From: Actinomycetota bacterium
Lineage (GTDB): Bacteria; Actinomycetota; Acidimicrobiia; Acidimicrobiales; CAIXPF01
NCBI GenBank assembly: GCA_016870475.1
Contig: VGBO01000003.1
Location: 5,800-69,799 of the forward strand
DNA length: 64,000 bases
Direction: 5' to 3'
In this document: in pieces, positions 21,349 through 31,269 of the stretch
How positions within the stretch are numbered: position 1 is the first letter of the stretch
Layout: each line of letters opens with the position of its first letter
Made by a program: the position numbers and the translations under genes
The notes under the pieces: model-generated
Told to the model about the DNA's origin: nothing
The model's input: the letters and a program-made list of their open reading frames with translations, nothing else
Databases searched by the model: none

Positions 21349-23403
21349 ATGGTCGCCGAGGCGGCGAAGGACCCCGGGAGGTTCCTGAACCGCGAGCTGT
21401 CCTGGCTCGCCTTCGACGAGCGCGTCCTCGCCCTCGCTGCCGATCCGTCGCTCCCGCTCCTCGAGCGCCTCCGGTTCCAGGCGATCTTCGCCTCGAACCT
21501 CGACGAGTTCTTCCAGGTCCGGGTCGCCTCCCTGCTCGATCGCGTCGCCGGCGGGGTGACGAAGGCGTCGGCCGACGGTCGTCGACCTCGACAGCAGCTC
21601 CGGGAGATCCGCGCCGAGGTGGGTCGACTGACCGACCTGGAGGAGGCGACGTTCCTCGACGGTCTCCTTCCGGCGCTCCGGGCGGCGGGCATCGACCTCG
21701 TCGACTGGGGTGATCTCGACGAGGCCGACCGGAACTGGTGCGCACTCGAGTTCGATGCCCGGATCTTCCCGGTGCTGACGCCGCTCGCCGTCGATCCGAG
21801 CCACCCGTTCCCCTACATCTCCGACCTGTCGCTCAGCCTGGCCGTCCGCGCCCAGCCGGCGGGGTCCGAGGAGATCCGATTCGCGAGGGTGAAGGTCCCG
21901 TCGCTGCTGCCGAGGTTCCTGCACCTTCCCGACTCGGACCGCTTCGTACCGGTCGAGCAGGTGATCGCTGCGCACCTGCACCGCCTCTTCCCCGACGCGG
22001 CGATCGTGTCGGTCGACGCGTTCCGGCTCACGCGCAGCGCGGACCTCGACCTCGACGAGACCGAGGCGGACGATCTCCTCGCTGCGGTCGAGACCGAACT
22101 CCGCCGTCGCAGGTTCAACCGGGCGGTCCGGCTCGACGTGACGTCGACGATGCCGACCGAGGTCCGGACACTCCTCCTCGACGAGCTCGAGCTCTCCGAC
22201 GACGACGTCTACGCGCACCGCATGCTGCTCGGCGGCGCGGACCTCGTCGAGCTGGTGGCGCTCGACCGTCCTGATCTGTTACGGGCACCGCTCCCGGTCG
22301 TCCCGCACCCGCAGTTCGACGCACCGGACGTTGATCTGTTCGCTGCGATTCGGGCGCAGGATCTGCTCGTCCACCACCCGAACCACTCTTTCCGGTCGTC
22401 GGTCGAGGCGTTCGTGACGACGGCGGCATCGGACCCGGCGGTGCTCGCGATCAAGATGACGCTGTACCGGACGTCGGAGGACGGCGAACTGCTGCAGTCC
22501 CTCGTGCGAGCCGCCGAGGAGGGCAAGCAGGTGGTGGTGCTCGTCGAGCTGAAGGCTCGCTTCGACGAGCAGGTGAACATCGTGTGGGCCCGGCGCCTCG
22601 AGGCGGCAGGGGCACACGTCGTCTACGGGATCGCGGGTCTGAAGACGCACGCGAAGACGGTCCTCGTGATCCGGGACGAACCCGGCGGGCTGCGCCGTTA
22701 CGCGCACGTCGGCACCGGCAACTACAACGCCTCGACCGCACGGTTCTACGAAGATCTCGGGCTGTTCTCTGCGGATCCGTCGGTCGGTGACGACCTGATC
22801 GGGTTGTTCAACTACCTCACCGGGTTCGGCACCGAGACGGACTACCGGACGTTGCTCGTCGCGCCGCACCACCTGCGGACCTCGCTCGTGGCGTTGATCC
22901 GCGGCGAACGCGGTGCCGACGGTGGTCGCATCGTAATGAAGATGAACTCGCTCGTGGATCCGCAGCTCATCGACGAGCTCTATGCGGCGAGCGCCGACGG
23001 CGTGCGGATCGACCTCGTCGTGCGTGGGATCTGCTGCCTGCGTCCCGGGGTCCCGGGTCTTTCGGAGAACATCCGGGTGCGCTCGGTCGTCGGCCGGTAC
23101 CTCGAGCACTCCCGCGTGTACCACTTCGCGAACGGCGCCGGTCCGGGCCGACCCGCCGCCTGGATCGGCTCCGCCGACCTGATGCCCCGGAACCTCGACC
23201 GTCGCGTCGAGGTGCTCGTCCCCGTCCGGCCCGCCGCGTTGCGCACCCGGATCGAGGACATGCTCGACGTCCTGCTCGCCGACGACGTCCTCGCGTGGGA
23301 GCTCGATGGAGACGGCCGTTGGCACCGCGTGCGGGATCGGGGAGGAAGCGGCGCGTTCGAGTCGCAGATGGAACTGCATCGGCGGACGATGCAGTGGACC
23401 TGA
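21349..23403 (+). CDS. ppk: Polyphosphate kinase 1
   Basis: ATG at 21349 inside track ORF 21256..23403. FLNRELSWLAFDERVL, RFQAIFASNLDEFF, the catalytic-His region DPSHPFPYIS and two PLD-like modules (HAKTVLV; HSRVYHF). Confidence 0.95.
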   Translation: MVAEAAKDPGRFLNRELSWLAFDERVLALAADPSLPLLERLRFQAIFASNLDEFFQVRVASLLDRVAGGVTKASADGRRPRQQLREIRAEVGRLTDLEEATFLDGLLPALRAAGIDLVDWGDLDEADRNWCALEFDARIFPVLTPLAVDPSHPFPYISDLSLSLAVRAQPAGSEEIRFARVKVPSLLPRFLHLPDSDRFVPVEQVIAAHLHRLFPDAAIVSVDAFRLTRSADLDLDETEADDLLAAVETELRRRRFNRAVRLDVTSTMPTEVRTLLLDELELSDDDVYAHRMLLGGADLVELVALDRPDLLRAPLPVVPHPQFDAPDVDLFAAIRAQDLLVHHPNHSFRSSVEAFVTTAASDPAVLAIKMTLYRTSEDGELLQSLVRAAEEGKQVVVLVELKARFDEQVNIVWARRLEAAGAHVVYGIAGLKTHAKTVLVIRDEPGGLRRYAHVGTGNYNASTARFYEDLGLFSADPSVGDDLIGLFNYLTGFGTETDYRTLLVAPHHLRTSLVALIRGERGADGGRIVMKMNSLVDPQLIDELYAASADGVRIDLVVRGICCLRPGVPGLSENIRVRSVVGRYLEHSRVYHFANGAGPGRPAAWIGSADLMPRNLDRRVEVLVPVRPAALRTRIEDMLDVLLADDVLAWELDGDGRWHRVRDRGGSGAFESQMELHRRTMQWT

Positions 23404-24545
23404 ACCACCCCTCGACGAAGTTCCGTCGGGTCCTCGAGGTGGGCGCGTTGTTCGCCTGGCTGGGGCTCATCGGCTTCGGCGGACCCGCAGCGCACATCGG
23501 GCTCATCCGGCGGGAGGTCGTCGAACGGCGGGGCTGGCTGCGCGACGAGGAGTTCGCCGATCTCGTGGGAGCGTCCGCACTGATCCCCGGGCCGACGTCC
23601 TCGGAGCTGGCCATGCACGTGGGAAAGGTGCGAGCCGGTCTGCCGGGAATGCTCGCGGCGGGTCTCGGGTTCCTCACGCCGTCCGCGCTCATGGTCGGGA
23701 TCATCGCCTGGGGTGCCGCGGTGGCGACGGTCGCCGAGTTCGCCGATCCCGTGCTCGCGGGGTTGCTGCCCGTCGTCCTCGCCATCGTGGTCCATGCAGG
23801 GGCGGGGTTCGGACGCACGGTACTGCGCGGTCGGAGCGCACCGGTCGTGGCCGTCGGTGCGGCCGTGGGCGTGTCGGCCGGATTGCACGAGCTCGTGGTC
23901 CTCGGTTGCGCAGCGGCGGTCGGTGTCGCGCTCGTCCGCGCGCGGCGGCGCCGACCGGGGGTCGCGTCGGTGCTCCCGCTGGGTTCCCTGCTCGCCATCG
24001 TCGACGGCGCGGGATCCGGGTTCCCGCTCGTCAGGATCGCCTGGTCGTTCGTGACGATCGGGGCGACCGTCTTCGGCAGCGGGTACGTCCTCGTGTCGTT
24101 CCTCGAGCGCGAGTTCGTGCAGCGTGCCGGGTGGGCCACGAGCCAGCAGGTGCTCGACGCCGTCGTGGCGGGACAGGTGACCCCGGGCCCGCTCTTCACG
24201 GCGGCCACACACCTCGGCTACCAGTTCGCCGGCATCCCTGGTGCGGTGGTCGCAACGGTGTCGATCTTCCTGCCGTCGTTCCTCCTCGTCGGGTTGCTCG
24301 GGCCGTTGGTCGGCCGGATCCGCCGCAGCGTCTCGGCGTCTGCGGCGCTCGACCATCTGAACGCCGCCTCGTTCGGGATCCTGACGGTCGCGGTGGCCGT
24401 TCTCGGACGGGTCGCGATCGCCGACGTTCCGGCAGCCGTCGTCGGGCTCGTCGCCCTCCTGTTGCTCTGGCGCCGAGCGCTGGGCAGCGGACCGCTGCTC
24501 CTCGGTGGTGTGATGCTCGGGCTCCTCCGCACTGCGGCGATGTGA
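23394..24545 (+). CDS. chrA: Chromate transporter (CHR family)
   Basis: Track ORF 23295..24545; GTG at 23394 preferred. FGGPAAHIGLIRREVVERRGWL and a second half with FGSGYVLVSFLEREFV...AGQVTPGPLF. Confidence 0.8.
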   Translation: MDLNHPSTKFRRVLEVGALFAWLGLIGFGGPAAHIGLIRREVVERRGWLRDEEFADLVGASALIPGPTSSELAMHVGKVRAGLPGMLAAGLGFLTPSALMVGIIAWGAAVATVAEFADPVLAGLLPVVLAIVVHAGAGFGRTVLRGRSAPVVAVGAAVGVSAGLHELVVLGCAAAVGVALVRARRRRPGVASVLPLGSLLAIVDGAGSGFPLVRIAWSFVTIGATVFGSGYVLVSFLEREFVQRAGWATSQQVLDAVVAGQVTPGPLFTAATHLGYQFAGIPGAVVATVSIFLPSFLLVGLLGPLVGRIRRSVSASAALDHLNAASFGILTVAVAVLGRVAIADVPAAVVGLVALLLLWRRALGSGPLLLGGVMLGLLRTAAM

Positions 24546-24576
24546 CGCGGGGCACGAAACGGAGGATTCCGGGATC

Positions 24577-24598
24577 ATTCACCTCACGTTCACCGCGA
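24577..24598 (+). promoter_or_regulatory. PHO box (two 11-nt direct-repeat units) upstream of pstS
   Basis: ATTCACCTCAC GTTCACCGCGA: the TTCACC core repeats with exact 11-nt periodicity, 76 nt upstream of the pstS TTG start. Matches the actinobacterial PhoP/RegX3-type GTTCACC unit. Confidence 0.5.
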
Positions 24599-24673
24599 CG
24601 ACCGGTGGCGGTCACGTGCCCTCCGTACCGTTCGCTCGTCCAACCGACCAGAACGCCCAAGGAGGGCATTCCC

Positions 24674-25792
24674 TTGACGCCGATCCGCCGCCGCTCCGCC
24701 GGCATCCTCGCAGCGACACTCGCACTCGCAACCCTCGCCACGGCGTGCGGTGGCTCCGACTCCACCACCTCGTCCTCGGCTGCCGACACCACGGCCAAGG
24801 AAGCGGCGACCACGACCGCCAAGCGCCCCGAGGTCACCGGCACGCTCGCGGCGTCGGGCGCCACGTTCCCCAAGGCCTTCTACGAGGTCATGATCGCCGA
24901 CTTCAAGAAGGCCCAGCCGAAGGCCACCGTCACCTACGCGGGTGGCGGATCGGGCAAGGGCCGCACCGACCTGCAGAACCAGGTCGTCGACTTCGCGGGC
25001 ACCGACGGGCTCGTGAAGGACGCCGACAAGCCGAACTACAAGGGCGGCGAGTTCTTCTACATCCCGACGGTCGCGGCGCCGATCACCGTGTCGTACAACC
25101 TCGACGGCGTCGACAAGCTGAACCTCTCGTCCGACACGATCGCCAAGATCTTCCAGCGTCAGATCAAGACCTGGGACGATCCGGCCATCGTCGCCGAGAA
25201 CCCCGACGCGAAGGCGAAGCTGACGGGCAACATCACCGTCGCCCGCCGCTCCGACGGATCGGGCACCACCGAGAACTTCACCAAGTTCCTCGTGAAGGCG
25301 TCGCCCACCGCATGGAACCTCAAGTCCGGTTCGACGGTCGAGTGGCCGGCGGACACGCAGGCAGGCAACGGCAACGCGGGCGTCGCCCAGATCGTGAAGG
25401 ACACGAAGGGCGCGATCGGCTACGTGGACCTCGCCGACGCGAAGGCCACCGGCTTGAAGCGGGCCCTGGTCAAGAACAAGGCCGGCAAGTTCGTGGCGCC
25501 GAGCCTCGAGGGTGCCACGGCGTCGCTCGAAGGCATCACGCTGAACGCCGACCTCAGCTACGACCCGCTCTGGGCCGACGGTGACAAGGCCTACCCGATT
25601 ACGGCACCGACCTGGATCATGGTCTACGCCACCCAGACCGACAAGGTGAAGGGCGAGACCGTCAAGGAGTTCCTCCACTACATGCTGACCGACGGTCAGA
25701 AGGTGGCTTCCTCGGTCGACTTCGCACCGCTGCCTGCCTCGGTGATCGAGAAGGCGCTGGCGCAGCTCGACAAGATCAGGATCCCGGCCTGA
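24674..25792 (+). CDS. pstS: Phosphate ABC transporter substrate-binding lipoprotein
   Basis: TTG at 24674 follows AAGGAGG. Lipobox LATACGG. GATFPKAFYE, AGGGSGKGRTD and RRSDGSGTTENFTKFL. Confidence 0.9.
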   Translation: MTPIRRRSAGILAATLALATLATACGGSDSTTSSSAADTTAKEAATTTAKRPEVTGTLAASGATFPKAFYEVMIADFKKAQPKATVTYAGGGSGKGRTDLQNQVVDFAGTDGLVKDADKPNYKGGEFFYIPTVAAPITVSYNLDGVDKLNLSSDTIAKIFQRQIKTWDDPAIVAENPDAKAKLTGNITVARRSDGSGTTENFTKFLVKASPTAWNLKSGSTVEWPADTQAGNGNAGVAQIVKDTKGAIGYVDLADAKATGLKRALVKNKAGKFVAPSLEGATASLEGITLNADLSYDPLWADGDKAYPITAPTWIMVYATQTDKVKGETVKEFLHYMLTDGQKVASSVDFAPLPASVIEKALAQLDKIRIPA

Positions 25793-25892
25793 TCGGATCC
25801 TGAACCCGATCGCTGCTCCTGACCGGGTCGACATGCCGTCTCCCCTTCGGCAACGTCGACCTGGTCGGGATGCGGTAGAACGAGGTACGGGT

Positions 25893-26840
25893 ATGGACGC
25901 ACCTCTCGACTTCCGCGGTAAGGCGGGGATCGCCGACCGACTGTTCGGCTTCGCCGCTCTCGCCGCCGGCACGATCGTCCTCGTGGCGCTCGGCACGATC
26001 GCCTTCACGACGACCCGGCGTGCCTGGCCGGCGCTCGATGCGATGGGGTTCGACTTCATCACGAGCACGCGCTGGGCACCGAACGACGAGGTCTTCGGTG
26101 CGGGGGCGTTCGTCTACGGGACCCTCGTCACGTCGACGATCGCACTGGTGCTCGCCGTCCCGGTCAGCATCGGGATCGCCCTGTTCACCACCCAGGTGGC
26201 CCCGCCCCGCTGGCGGAAGCCGATCGTCTACGTCGTCGACCTGCTCGCGGTGATCCCGTCGGTCGTCTTCGGTCTCTGGGGGATCCTCGTGTTCTCCAAG
26301 CAGGTGCTACCCGTCTACGAGCTGCTCCACGGTTGGTTCGGCGGGATCCCGGTGATCGGGGCGCTGTTCGGTGAGACCGGCAGCGGGAGGAACTTCATGA
26401 CCGCCGGCATCGTGCTGGCCGTCATGATCACCCCGATCATCACGTCGTTGTCCCGCGAGGTGATGGACACCTGCCCGACGACCGACCGTGAGGGGGCGTA
26501 CGCTCTCGGCGCGACCCGGTGGGAGATGATCCGTGGTGCCGTGCTCCCGCATTCGCGCAACGGGCTCGTCGGGGCGGTGATGCTCGGCCTCGGTCGGGCC
26601 ATGGGCGAGACCATCGCCGTTGCCCTCGTGATCGGCTCCACGGTCGGCGTCTCGGCGAACCTGTTCGCCGCCGGCGATGCGTTGCCCGCCCGGATCGCGA
26701 ACGAGTGGGGTGAGGCGGAGGGGAACTGGCGGGCCGCACTCGTCGGCCTCGCCGTAGCGCTCTTCGTGATCACGATCATCGTGAATCTCGCTGCGACGGC
26801 GGTCGTGCAGCGAACCGGCGAACGCGGAGGACGGCGATGA
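25893..26840 (+). CDS. pstC: Phosphate ABC transporter permease PstC
   Basis: Track ORF 25833..26840; ATG at 25893 preferred. EAA-loop region REGAYALGATRWEMIRGAVLP. Confidence 0.9.
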   Translation: MDAPLDFRGKAGIADRLFGFAALAAGTIVLVALGTIAFTTTRRAWPALDAMGFDFITSTRWAPNDEVFGAGAFVYGTLVTSTIALVLAVPVSIGIALFTTQVAPPRWRKPIVYVVDLLAVIPSVVFGLWGILVFSKQVLPVYELLHGWFGGIPVIGALFGETGSGRNFMTAGIVLAVMITPIITSLSREVMDTCPTTDREGAYALGATRWEMIRGAVLPHSRNGLVGAVMLGLGRAMGETIAVALVIGSTVGVSANLFAAGDALPARIANEWGEAEGNWRAALVGLAVALFVITIIVNLAATAVVQRTGERGGRR

Positions 26841-27718
26841 CGGTCGACGGCGGATCGGGCCTCGACCTCTCGCAGCGGCCGTCGTCCCGCACGCGGACGG
26901 ACCGTGCCATGACCGCGGTGATGCTGGTCTGTCTCCTCGCCGTCGTCGTCCCGCTCGCTGCGGTCGTCTACACGCTGTTGAAGAACGGCGCGGGTCAGCT
27001 CTCCGCCGAGTTCTTCACGGCGGACATCCCGACGATCAGCAGGATCGAGGGCCCGGGCATGGGTCCGGCGATCGTCGGCACGCTGCTGATCACGGCGGTG
27101 GCGGCCGCGATGGCCCTGCCGCTCGGGATCCTCGGGGCGATCTACCTGAACGAATCCAGCGCCGGCGGTCGACTCGGGCGCCTGATCCGCTTCATGGCGA
27201 CCGTCATGACCGGTGTGCCGTCGGTCGTCATGGGCCTGTTCGTCTACGTGACCTACACGCTGCGCTTCAAGCAGAACGCGTTCGGTGGAGCGCTCGCACT
27301 CGCCTTCCTGATGCTCCCCGTCGTGATCCGCACGACGGAGGAGATGCTCAAGCTCGTGCCCGACAACCTCCGCGAAGCGTCCGCAGCACTCGGCGCCCGC
27401 CGGAGTCGTACGGTGCTCACCGTGGTGCTGCCCGCTGCACTGCCCGGGGTGGTCTCCGGTTGTCTTCTCGCCGTCGCCCGAGCTGCCGGTGAGACGGCGC
27501 CGATCCTGTTCGTGGTCGGCGCGGCGACGTCGGTCAACACGAACGTGTTCCGCGAGGTCAACACCGCGCTGTCCGCGCAGATCTTCGCGAACGCCCAGCT
27601 CCCCTTCGAAGGCGCGCAGCAGCGTGCCTGGGGGGCGGCGCTCACCCTCGTACTGCTCGCGTTCGTGATCACCTTGATCGCACGCGTCGTCACCGCGCGG
27701 TTCGCGCTCAAGCGTTAG
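26837..27718 (+). CDS. pstA: Phosphate ABC transporter permease PstA
   Basis: ORF track 293 aa, overlapping pstC by 4 nt. [22 protein letters not shown]. Confidence 0.9.
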   Translation: MTVDGGSGLDLSQRPSSRTRTDRAMTAVMLVCLLAVVVPLAAVVYTLLKNGAGQLSAEFFTADIPTISRIEGPGMGPAIVGTLLITAVAAAMALPLGILGAIYLNESSAGGRLGRLIRFMATVMTGVPSVVMGLFVYVTYTLRFKQNAFGGALALAFLMLPVVIRTTEEMLKLVPDNLREASAALGARRSRTVLTVVLPAALPGVVSGCLLAVARAAGETAPILFVVGAATSVNTNVFREVNTALSAQIFANAQLPFEGAQQRAWGAALTLVLLAFVITLIARVVTARFALKR

Positions 27719-27726
27719 GGAACGTC

Positions 27727-28563
27727 ATGACCGACACACTGCACGACGGTCTGGCCGACGACAGCTCCTCGACCGACGACGCCCCCGTCTTCGTCACGAG
27801 CGACCTCTCGGTCTACTACGGCGCCTATCGAGCGGTCCGCAACGTCTCCATCGACATCCGCCAGAACGAGATCACGTCGTTCATCGGACCGTCGGGGTGT
27901 GGCAAGACCACGGTGCTGCGCTGCTTCAACCGGATGAACGACCTCATCGTCGGCGCACGCGTCGATGGCTCGATCCTCTACCGGGGCATCGACCTGTACG
28001 GAGCGGACGTGTCCGCCGTCGAGGTGCGTCGCCACATCGGCATGGTGTTCCAGAAGCCGAATCCCCTGCCGAAGAGCATCTACGACAACATCGCCTTCGG
28101 ACCGCGCATCAACGGCGTCCGCAAGCGGTCCGAGCTCGACGACATCGTGGAGCGCTCGCTGGTCCGTGCTGCGCTCTGGGACGAGGTGAAGGACCGGGTC
28201 AAGGCGTCGGCGCTCGGCCTGTCCGGTGGTCAGCAGCAGCGCCTCTGCATCGCTCGGACGATTGCGGTCGAACCCGATGTGATCCTCATGGACGAGCCGT
28301 GCTCGGCGCTCGACCCGATCGCCACCGGTCGGATCGAGGAGCTGATGCAGGAACTCAAGTCGGATTACTCGATCGTGATCGTCACCCACAACATGCAGCA
28401 GGCGGCCCGGGTGAGCGACCGGACGGCGTTCTTCACCGTCGAGGTGAACCCGGAGAGCGACCGGCGGACCGGGGTACTCGTCGAGTTCGACAGCACGAAG
28501 AAGATGTTCTCGAATCCCGCCGACGAGCGGACCGAGAACTACGTGACCGGCCGGTTCGGCTGA
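27727..28563 (+). CDS. pstB: Phosphate ABC transporter ATP-binding protein
   Basis: ORF track 278 aa. [34 protein letters not shown], and a C-terminus typical of PstB. Confidence 0.95.
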   Translation: MTDTLHDGLADDSSSTDDAPVFVTSDLSVYYGAYRAVRNVSIDIRQNEITSFIGPSGCGKTTVLRCFNRMNDLIVGARVDGSILYRGIDLYGADVSAVEVRRHIGMVFQKPNPLPKSIYDNIAFGPRINGVRKRSELDDIVERSLVRAALWDEVKDRVKASALGLSGGQQQRLCIARTIAVEPDVILMDEPCSALDPIATGRIEELMQELKSDYSIVIVTHNMQQAARVSDRTAFFTVEVNPESDRRTGVLVEFDSTKKMFSNPADERTENYVTGRFG

Positions 28564-28587
28564 TCCGGGACGATCGAGGAGGATCCG

Positions 28588-29301
28588 ATGACCGAGGACC
28601 TGCGTAAGAACCTGCACCGGGGGATCGACTCGATCCAGCACGACGTCGTCCGCCTGTCGGCGATGGTCGCGGAGGGCGTGGTCGCGGGGACGGCCGCGCT
28701 GCTCGACTCCGACATGGACGCCGCCCAGTCGTTGATCGACGCCGACGACGTGCTCGACGAGTTGACGAACGACCTCGAGGAACGCTGCTTCGCCGTGCTG
28801 GCGCTCGAACAGCCGATGGCGAGCGATCTCCGGTCCGTGACCGGATCGCTCCGTATCGCGAGCGACCTCGAGCGAGCCGGCGACCTCGTCGTGAACATCA
28901 TGAAGGGTGCACGGCGCATGTACGGCCAGGATCTGCCGGTGCGCCTCCGCGGGATCATCCAGCAGATGAGCGAGGAGAGCGCCCGGCTCATCCGCCTCGC
29001 GTCCGACGCGTACGCAGAGCGGAACGGGGCGCTCGGCTCGGCGCTCAACGAAATCGACAACCGTCTCGACGAGCTGCAGCGGGACTTCATCGCAGCGATG
29101 TTCGACGCGCACACCAACGGTGAGTGCGAGCTGCCCCAGGCGGTGCAGCTCGCACTGATCGCCCGGTACTACGAGCGCATCGGCGACCACGCGGTGAACA
29201 TCGGCGAACGGGTCGCGTTCATCGCGACCGGAGCGCTCCCGGACTACGCGGCGATGGGTGCGCGTGGCGTCCCCGGGGCCGGGAGCGCCGAGGAGGAGTG
29301 A
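28588..29301 (+). CDS. phoU: Phosphate signalling complex protein PhoU
   Basis: ORF track 237 aa with two PhoU repeats (ASDLERAGDLVVNI; ARYYERIGDHAVNI). Confidence 0.9.
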   Translation: MTEDLRKNLHRGIDSIQHDVVRLSAMVAEGVVAGTAALLDSDMDAAQSLIDADDVLDELTNDLEERCFAVLALEQPMASDLRSVTGSLRIASDLERAGDLVVNIMKGARRMYGQDLPVRLRGIIQQMSEESARLIRLASDAYAERNGALGSALNEIDNRLDELQRDFIAAMFDAHTNGECELPQAVQLALIARYYERIGDHAVNIGERVAFIATGALPDYAAMGARGVPGAGSAEEE

Positions 29302-30536
29302 GCCAAGCCGCCGTCCTGCTGCTCGGCCTCCTCGCCGGGGTGATCGGCGGCGCCGTGGTCGGCGGCGTCGTGGGAGCCCGCAGGTCCCGTCGGCTCGGGG
29401 CGCGACGCGTCGACGACGAGTTGCGTGCGTCAGGGCTCGAACATCTGACCGGTGGCGCCGACCCGGCAGCGGCGGTGGTCCGTGTCGTCCGAGAGGTCCG
29501 TCGCTCCGCGGCGGAGGAGTCGAGGGCCCGGGCGCTCCTCGTCGACGTCCTCGACGGGTTGCCGCCGGCGATCGTGCTCTTCGACAGCGCGGGTGTCGTC
29601 GTGCTCTCGAACAGCGAGGGAGCCCGGATGCTCGGCGGTCGACACGGCGAGGCGATCGTCGCCCGGGTGGTCCGCGACCTCCTCGCCACGGGTGGCGACC
29701 GCGCGGTGGAGCTCGCCGGGCCGCCGGCACGGCACGTCGAGATCGCCATGCGCGTCCTCGCCGACGGGCATCGGGTCGCAGTGGTCGACGACGTCACGGA
29801 ACGGCGACGTCTCGAGGGCATCCGGCGCGACTTCGTGGCGAACATCAGCCACGAGCTCCGCACGCCCGTCGGTGCGATCGTCGTGCTCACCGAGGCGATG
29901 ATCGATCAGGCCGAACCGGCGGTCCTCGAACGCCTCGGGGCGAAGGTGCACCGCGAGGCCGTGCGGGTGAGCGAGGCGATCGACGACCTCATCGAGCTCT
30001 CCCGTCTCGAGCACGACGCGGGGCTCGACGTCGCGCCGGTCCTCGCCGCGAGCCTCGTGCGTGAAGCGGTCGGCAGGGTGGCGCATGCGGCGGAGGAGCG
30101 GGGCATTGGGTTCCGGTGCGACGTCTCCGGCGGTGTGGACGAGGTGCTGGTCGATGAGCGCCAGGTGGTGTCGGCGCTCGTGAACCTTCTCGACAACGCC
30201 GTGAAGTACTCGCCGGCCGGTTCGGTGGTGACGGTCGGTGTGCGGCCGTGCACCACGGGCGCCGGGGCCCGCGGCGTCTGTTTCGAGGTGGCGGACGAGG
30301 GCATCGGGATCCCGGCCCGTGACCTCGAGCGGATCTTCGAGCGTTTCTACCGGGTCGATCGCGCGCGCAGCCGTTCGACCGGTGGTATCGGCCTCGGGCT
30401 CGCGATCGTGCGCCACGTCGCGCAGAACCACGCCGGGGACATCGCCGTGTCCTCCCGGGAGGGCACGGGTACGACGTTCACCCTCCGCATCCCGACGCCG
30501 GTGGACGGTCCGGCCGACCACGAGGAGACCTCATGA
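29298..30536 (+). CDS. Sensor histidine kinase (SenX3/PhoR-like)
   Basis: GTG at 29298 overlaps the phoU stop. N-terminal TM helix, H-box SHELRTPV, N-box LLDNAVKYSP, G1 DEGIGIP and G2 GGIGLGLAIV. Confidence 0.85.
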   Translation: MSQAAVLLLGLLAGVIGGAVVGGVVGARRSRRLGARRVDDELRASGLEHLTGGADPAAAVVRVVREVRRSAAEESRARALLVDVLDGLPPAIVLFDSAGVVVLSNSEGARMLGGRHGEAIVARVVRDLLATGGDRAVELAGPPARHVEIAMRVLADGHRVAVVDDVTERRRLEGIRRDFVANISHELRTPVGAIVVLTEAMIDQAEPAVLERLGAKVHREAVRVSEAIDDLIELSRLEHDAGLDVAPVLAASLVREAVGRVAHAAEERGIGFRCDVSGGVDEVLVDERQVVSALVNLLDNAVKYSPAGSVVTVGVRPCTTGAGARGVCFEVADEGIGIPARDLERIFERFYRVDRARSRSTGGIGLGLAIVRHVAQNHAGDIAVSSREGTGTTFTLRIPTPVDGPADHEETS

Positions 30537-31255
30537 CGACGCGCGGGCCGACGGTGTTCGTCGTCGAGGACGAGGACAGTTTCGTGGACGCGTTGACGGT
30601 CGGGCTCGAACGGGAGGGGTTCCGGGTCGAGGTCGCCATGGACGGGATCGAGGCGTGCGAACGCTTCGACGAGGTCCGCCCCGACATCGTGCTGCTCGAC
30701 GTGATGTTGCCCCGGCGTTCCGGTATCGACGTCTGTCGCGAGATCCGCAAGCGCTCGCAGGTGCCGATCATCATGGTCACCGCTCGGAGCGCTGAACTCG
30801 ACACGGTGGTCGGCCTCGAGGTCGGCGCGGACGACTACGTCAGCAAGCCGTACCGGCTCCGTGAGCTCGTCGCCCGGATGCGGGCGGTGATGCGCCGGAC
30901 TGCCGACCGGCAGGTGGCATCGGCTGAGGGCACCGAGGGTTCGGTCGGGCGGCTCGCCGCCGGCGACGTGGTCGTCGACCTCGATCGTCACGAGGTCGAG
31001 GTCCGGGGCACACCGGTCCGGCTCCCGTTGAAGGAGTTCGAGTTGCTCGCCCTGCTCGTCGCGAACGCCGGACGGGTGCTGCCCCGGGAGACGCTCATCG
31101 ATCGGATCTGGGGGTCGGACTACGTGGGCGACACGAAGACCCTCGACGTCCATGTCAAGCGGCTCCGGGCCAAGGTCGAGGTCGACCCGTCGAACCCGGA
31201 GCACATCGTCACGATCCGGGGCCTCGGCTACAAGTTCGTCGCCACCGGGGCCTGA
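30533..31255 (+). CDS. OmpR-family response regulator (RegX3/PhoP-like)
   Basis: ORF track 240 aa. Receiver domain with LLDVMLP and MVTAR. Winged-helix C-terminus IVTIRGLGYKF. Confidence 0.9.
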   Translation: MTTRGPTVFVVEDEDSFVDALTVGLEREGFRVEVAMDGIEACERFDEVRPDIVLLDVMLPRRSGIDVCREIRKRSQVPIIMVTARSAELDTVVGLEVGADDYVSKPYRLRELVARMRAVMRRTADRQVASAEGTEGSVGRLAAGDVVVDLDRHEVEVRGTPVRLPLKEFELLALLVANAGRVLPRETLIDRIWGSDYVGDTKTLDVHVKRLRAKVEVDPSNPEHIVTIRGLGYKFVATGA

Positions 31256-31269
31256 GTCCCGCCCCTACC

